From an uncultured Bacilli bacterium (GTDB taxonomy: Bacteria; Bacillota_I; Bacilli_A; RF39; UBA660): a DNA stretch of 64,000 nt. Under the pieces are notes generated by a model that made no database searches, was not told the origin of the DNA, and saw only the letters and a list, made by a program, of their open reading frames with translations. Position 1 is the stretch's first letter. Every line of letters starts with the position of its first letter. The position numbers and the translations under genes are program-made. This document shows positions 60,024 to 64,000 of the stretch, piece by piece. The stretch is taken from the NCBI GenBank assembly GCA_934131695.1, contig CAKOZV010000004.1, positions 1,992-65,991 on the forward strand, in the 5' to 3' direction.

Positions 60024-60676
60024 TATTTATCACTCTCCTCTTCTTTTTTTATTTTTTTCTTTTTAGAAGAAGATACTTTCATATCATCATATTCTTTATA
60101 TAAGGATATATATCTAGCAAATAGAAAATAGAATAAAACTTCCAATAGAGAAATAACTATACTTTCAAATGATGTTGAATTAATAAGAGCTACTACTAAA
60201 TGAATAACTAACAAAGTAGTAATCAAATAGAAATACTGTTCATTTTTTAACTCTACTATTACACTAGTACTTAAATGAAGTTCCTTACCAATTACCGTAT
60301 TTGAAATAAAAGCATATAGAAAATAAACTGTAAATAGTATATTAATTCCTAACTGCAAAAGAGAATCTAATCCAAATGACTGAAACACAGTAAACATACT
60401 TGCTAAGGTAATTAAGCCAAAGAATATAAGCATAATTACATTTAAATGATCAAAATATTTCTTTCCCACTTTAAAGTGAAGTAGAGCAAAATAGATTAAT
60501 GTTAAAACATAAATACTATTATGATTTAAAATAGATCTAATAATATCAGTAGTACCCAACTGACTATTAATCGCAAATGACTGTGATAAAATTATTAACA
60601 CCACTAATAATCCAATAATAACATACGTAACTAGTCTTGGACTATCAAACCAATCTTTTTCTTTACTATCTTTCAT
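60023..60676 (-). CDS. polytopic membrane protein (about 6 TM), unknown function
   Basis: Repeated hydrophobic helices across 217 aa. Confidence 0.45.
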   Translation of the reverse strand: MKDSKEKDWFDSPRLVTYVIIGLLVVLIILSQSFAINSQLGTTDIIRSILNHNSIYVLTLIYFALLHFKVGKKYFDHLNVIMLIFFGLITLASMFTVFQSFGLDSLLQLGINILFTVYFLYAFISNTVIGKELHLSTSVIVELKNEQYFYLITTLLVIHLVVALINSTSFESIVISLLEVLFYFLFARYISLYKEYDDMKVSSSKKKKIKKEEESDK

Positions 60677-60701
60677 ACAAACACCTTCTTTTTATTTAAT
60701 A

Positions 60702-61343
60702 TTAATTAGCAACTTCTCTTATTTTGGTTTTTCTTCTATATACTTTTTTACTAACTAATTTATAATCTTTTTCTATCTGTTTAATACTATCATACTTTTT
60801 ATCTACCTTTTCATTTAGCATAGTAACTAACAAATCTTTCTCATAATAGTTATTAAGAACTAATTTTCCCTTCTTAGAAAGATTATAAATTGTTTTACTA
60901 TCATTAGCTTCATACTCTTTATCATCATTCCAGTCTGTTACTCTATAAAGAGTATAACTTTTGTTTCCTATTAATTCTCTATCTATTAGATATTCTCCAC
61001 ATTTAAGTGTTACTCTCTTTCCATCTTTTAGAAATTCCACTTTTGATTCATAAAGATCACAACTTTTGCCATTGAAAGGATTTTTAATTGGTGATATCAA
61101 ATCTAAGTTTAACATCTCATATAGATATATTGTACCTTCATCCTTAAAATTATAATTAATAGCATTCATAGCCATAACTCTAGCATTAAAGTTAAATACT
61201 TGATATTTTTCTTTATTACTTAGTTTAAGTATTGCTACTAACAAAATAGCTGTTAATACTAAACAAACAACTGCTACCGTTAAAAACTCATATGCTCCAA
61301 AACCTTTATTATTTTTTTTCTTCTTTTTCTTATTCTTTTTCAT
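60702..61343 (-). CDS. prepilin-like (class III signal peptide) protein: KKNKKKKKKNNKG|FGAYEFLTVAVVCLVLTAILLVAIL
   Basis: A basic leader, Gly then Phe at +1 and Glu at +5, followed by a hydrophobic helix. This is the type IV pilin / pseudopilin N-terminal signature. The start is taken at Met11 of the ORF. It overlaps the ezrA 3' end by 14 nt. Confidence 0.5.
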   Translation of the reverse strand: MKKNKKKKKKNNKGFGAYEFLTVAVVCLVLTAILLVAILKLSNKEKYQVFNFNARVMAMNAINYNFKDEGTIYLYEMLNLDLISPIKNPFNGKSCDLYESKVEFLKDGKRVTLKCGEYLIDRELIGNKSYTLYRVTDWNDDKEYEANDSKTIYNLSKKGKLVLNNYYEKDLLVTMLNEKVDKKYDSIKQIEKDYKLVSKKVYRRKTKIREVAN

Positions 61344-63042
61344 ACGCCAACAACTTTCTTTCAAAATTATCATCTACTAATTTTATGGTATCAACACTAA
61401 CTTTTAGTGATGATGTATAGTCGCCTTTAAAGAAAAGATTTCTTGCTCTATTAATTCCTTCTTCTATATCTTCATGAAGAGGAATATATTTATTGCCATA
61501 AACAATAGCCATTTCACTCATCTTAGCAGTTTTAATCATTGAAACAGTTGTATTATAAAGTTTTAAAACTAAATCTCTAGCTGTATCTACTCTAGTATTT
61601 AATGTTTTAATAGCAATTGGTTTTTTAGATAGTTCTTTTATTACCTCTAAGATAGCTTCATTAGCTTCACTAAGTTCAACAAAGTATCTATCTTCAATAA
61701 CTGGTAATTTATACTCTCGCATTTTTTCTTTACATTCTTTTAACAGTCTTTCAATCTCTTCTAGTTGTTCTCTTGCTCTTTGTTCATCTTCATACATATT
61801 ACCAAGTGATTTTAAAGCAATATCTAGAGTTGATTCTACTTGTTTTAATCTATTAGATAATTTCTCCACTTCATCATTAACACTAGAATAAGGTGTCGCT
61901 TTATTCTTAACTTTTTCTAGCATCTTATGATGATCATCTTTAATAACTGTTAAATCTTTATTAACCTCATCTATTATTTTTACATCTTCTTTATTTAAAT
62001 CATACATATTCTCAATATCATCTAATTGTTCATATATATCAGTTACTAGTTTAACCGTTTTATTTAGTTTTTTTTCAAAATCTTTACTTGCTTCTTCATA
62101 TACTTTTCGTGATAATCTCTCTTTTTCAAAGGCCACAAAAATACTATCTAAATAGTCCAATATTGTCTTAAGCTCAAACATACAGTCTTCTAAGTTCAAG
62201 ACTTTAATCCTATCTAGAATAACACTTACATTCTTTTTAGCTTCCGCCATATTATCATCAATACTTAAAAAGTCTAATGGATAGCCATCACTTTCCATCT
62301 TTTCTTTAGTATCTTCTATTTCTTTTATTCTCTTAGGAACCATTTGTTTAGACATCAATAGTAAATCAGGCACCTCAGAAATAACTATTTCCATATGCTC
62401 AATCATAGTATCAAGAGCTTTTACGATATGAACTACATCGGTATACTGATTCTGATCCATAGCTGTTTCAAACTCTAAGAATCTTTTTTCAATATTCTCT
62501 AACTGTAATTCTATCGCTTCAGCCATCTCTTCATAAAGGTTTTTATGTTCTTGATATTCTTTATTTAATTCTCTATATTTAGTTTTTAATTTAGTAATTA
62601 TATTTCGATATTTTTCTTCACTAAGAGTAATTTCTTTAATCTGATCAAGTAAATAATTAGCTCGTTCTTTCGCTTTATATAATCCTATCTCACATTTACT
62701 TATTTTACTCTTAGCAAGATTATATTCCTTTTTATCAATCAATGTATCAAGTTCAATTAACAAATCATCGATTTTAGGAAGTTCTTCATCTTTAATATAA
62801 GCAAATTCATCTTGCCATTTCTGATATTTTTCTTCCATCTTTTCATTCTTTATAATCGGTTCTAGTTTAGAAAGTTCAAGAAGCACAGGGGTACTTCCAA
62901 TTAAGTTTTTTTCTGTATCTAAATTTTTACATAATTTTAAATAATAGTTTTTCCTTTTTTTCTTTAAAACAACGATAAGCACAATAATAAGAATGATTAC
63001 AATTAAAATTCCGGTCAAAACATATAGTAATGTTCCTTTCAT
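61330..63042 (-). CDS. ezrA: septation ring formation regulator EzrA
   Basis: An N-terminal TM (LLYVLTGILIVIILIIVLIVVL) and about 550 aa of coiled-coil/spectrin-like repeats, the size typical of EzrA. Start ATG 63042 with RBS GGTGGTGA. Confidence 0.75.
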   Translation of the reverse strand: MKGTLLYVLTGILIVIILIIVLIVVLKKKRKNYYLKLCKNLDTEKNLIGSTPVLLELSKLEPIIKNEKMEEKYQKWQDEFAYIKDEELPKIDDLLIELDTLIDKKEYNLAKSKISKCEIGLYKAKERANYLLDQIKEITLSEEKYRNIITKLKTKYRELNKEYQEHKNLYEEMAEAIELQLENIEKRFLEFETAMDQNQYTDVVHIVKALDTMIEHMEIVISEVPDLLLMSKQMVPKRIKEIEDTKEKMESDGYPLDFLSIDDNMAEAKKNVSVILDRIKVLNLEDCMFELKTILDYLDSIFVAFEKERLSRKVYEEASKDFEKKLNKTVKLVTDIYEQLDDIENMYDLNKEDVKIIDEVNKDLTVIKDDHHKMLEKVKNKATPYSSVNDEVEKLSNRLKQVESTLDIALKSLGNMYEDEQRAREQLEEIERLLKECKEKMREYKLPVIEDRYFVELSEANEAILEVIKELSKKPIAIKTLNTRVDTARDLVLKLYNTTVSMIKTAKMSEMAIVYGNKYIPLHEDIEEGINRARNLFFKGDYTSSLKVSVDTIKLVDDNFERKLLAYEKE

Positions 63043-63318
63043 ATAGCTCACCACCTACTATTTAATAATACCATAATCCTAGTTTTTTAGCTACAAAATA
63101 TTTATTAATTTAAAAGTCAAGTGCAACTTTTATGAATAAAACTATGTAAATTTATATGATATTTTATACCGAGAAAACTTTTGACAAGTAAAGATATATT
63201 TTTTTACCTTAATGGAGTTTAATTATTGTTATTTCAATTTTTTAAATTAACAATAACTTAAACGACTATAAATTAATGAAAATATACCTGCTTGTCAAAA
63301 GAAAATCGGAATAAATAA

Positions 63319-64000
63319 TTATAAATAATTTATCTTTTCTCGTAATTTATAAATTTTATTCAAAATTGATTTAAATATTTTATTATAGTTGTTTTTCACA
63401 AATTGTTTCATTTTATTAAATTTGTTAACAACTTCTTCAGAAGTTTTTCCTTTAAGTTTAAATATTATTTCAAACCTTGTTTTTCGCTCAGTTAGTGTCA
63501 TTAAACATTCATGTTTTCCTTTTTTAGTGACAATTACAGTGTCTAACTAAAAGTGTCCAAAATAAAGACGTTTATCTATTTCTTCTGGTCTATTATTAAT
63601 ACTATATTCAACTTTAGATTCAGAAGAATCACTTTATGATATTTATATTCTTGTTTATATTTCATTCTTCTAGTATCTTCCAACCTAACATCTATAATAT
63701 GATATCTTATTGCAGCATAAATTGTTGGAGTAGTAATAGCTTCAAACCCATCAAGTTCAAAATAGGTGTGAGTTTTCATATAGCCTACACAATTACATCA
63801 GAAGCCCATTTATCTATTTTAATTTTATCTTCAATAAATTTAGCAATTTTTTATTTTTTCTTAATTTGTATTCAACTTTAGATAAACCACGCTTGAAGTC
63901 TGCATTTTCTTGAGCATATTCGGCAGTGTATGGCATTGTTTTAGTTTTACCAGTTCTAATATACATTTTTTCTTTCCCACGTTTTTTATCTCTCTTGAAA
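63319..64000 (-). pseudogene. degenerate IS30-family transposase remnant (frameshifted/with internal stop), running off the right edge
   Basis: Minus-strand frames give ...IRTGKTKTMPYTAEYAQENADFKRGLS..., then ...FGHF*LDTVIVTKKGKHECLMTLTERKTRFEIIFKLKGKTSEEV... (compare IS30 GHWEGDLV...LLTLVERKTRF), split over at least 3 ORFs (63319-63501, 63576-63779 and beyond). Confidence 0.6.

Noticed and set aside
63636-63881. 81-aa plus-strand ORF at the right edge
   Set aside because: Antisense to the IS30 transposase remnant, with hydrophobic low-complexity translation.

Overview
This is a low-GC (about 30% GC) Firmicutes chromosomal segment, mostly housekeeping genes in Bacillus-like synteny. Most genes are on the minus strand. 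Conserved core genes (name only where recognised): a partial P-type Ca2+ ATPase, tex, murE, ileS with a T-box leader, ligA, pcrA, rnjA, rny, recA with a Cheo/LexA box, pgsA, a RodZ-like gene, rnpB (type B RNase P RNA), gpsB, recU-ponA, dut, nrdDG, a cwlD-like amidase, pta, a DUF3048/YerB-like protein and ezrA. Embedded among these are several accessory or unusual loci. (1) Four tandem paralogous ~175-aa proteins of unknown family lie beside tex, together with a relic segmental duplication that copied the 3' end of tex. (2) An Rpn-family PD-(D/E)XK nuclease/transposase gene carries a duplicated 3' fragment. (3) A ClpA/B-like ATPase with the N-domain and D1 only sits between ileS and murE. (4) An LPXTG-type surface adhesin with a thioester domain (TQXA) and three Cna-B repeats is followed by a class-B-like sortase. 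(5) A diverged NrdD paralog keeps its ATP-cone but has lost the glycyl-radical/Zn-ribbon C-terminus; it is divergent from the real nrdDG. (6) An AbiD/AbiF (Abi_2) abortive-infection gene overlaps the start of an htrA-like protease gene and a hypothetical gene. (7) A tnpB-only IS200/IS605-type element whose TnpB lacks the zinc finger is inserted into an SOS-box-controlled dinD-like gene. (8) A frameshifted aldo/keto reductase. (9) A prepilin-like small protein lies downstream of ezrA. (10) A degenerate IS30 transposase remnant sits at the right edge. No CRISPR array, rRNA or tRNA was seen.
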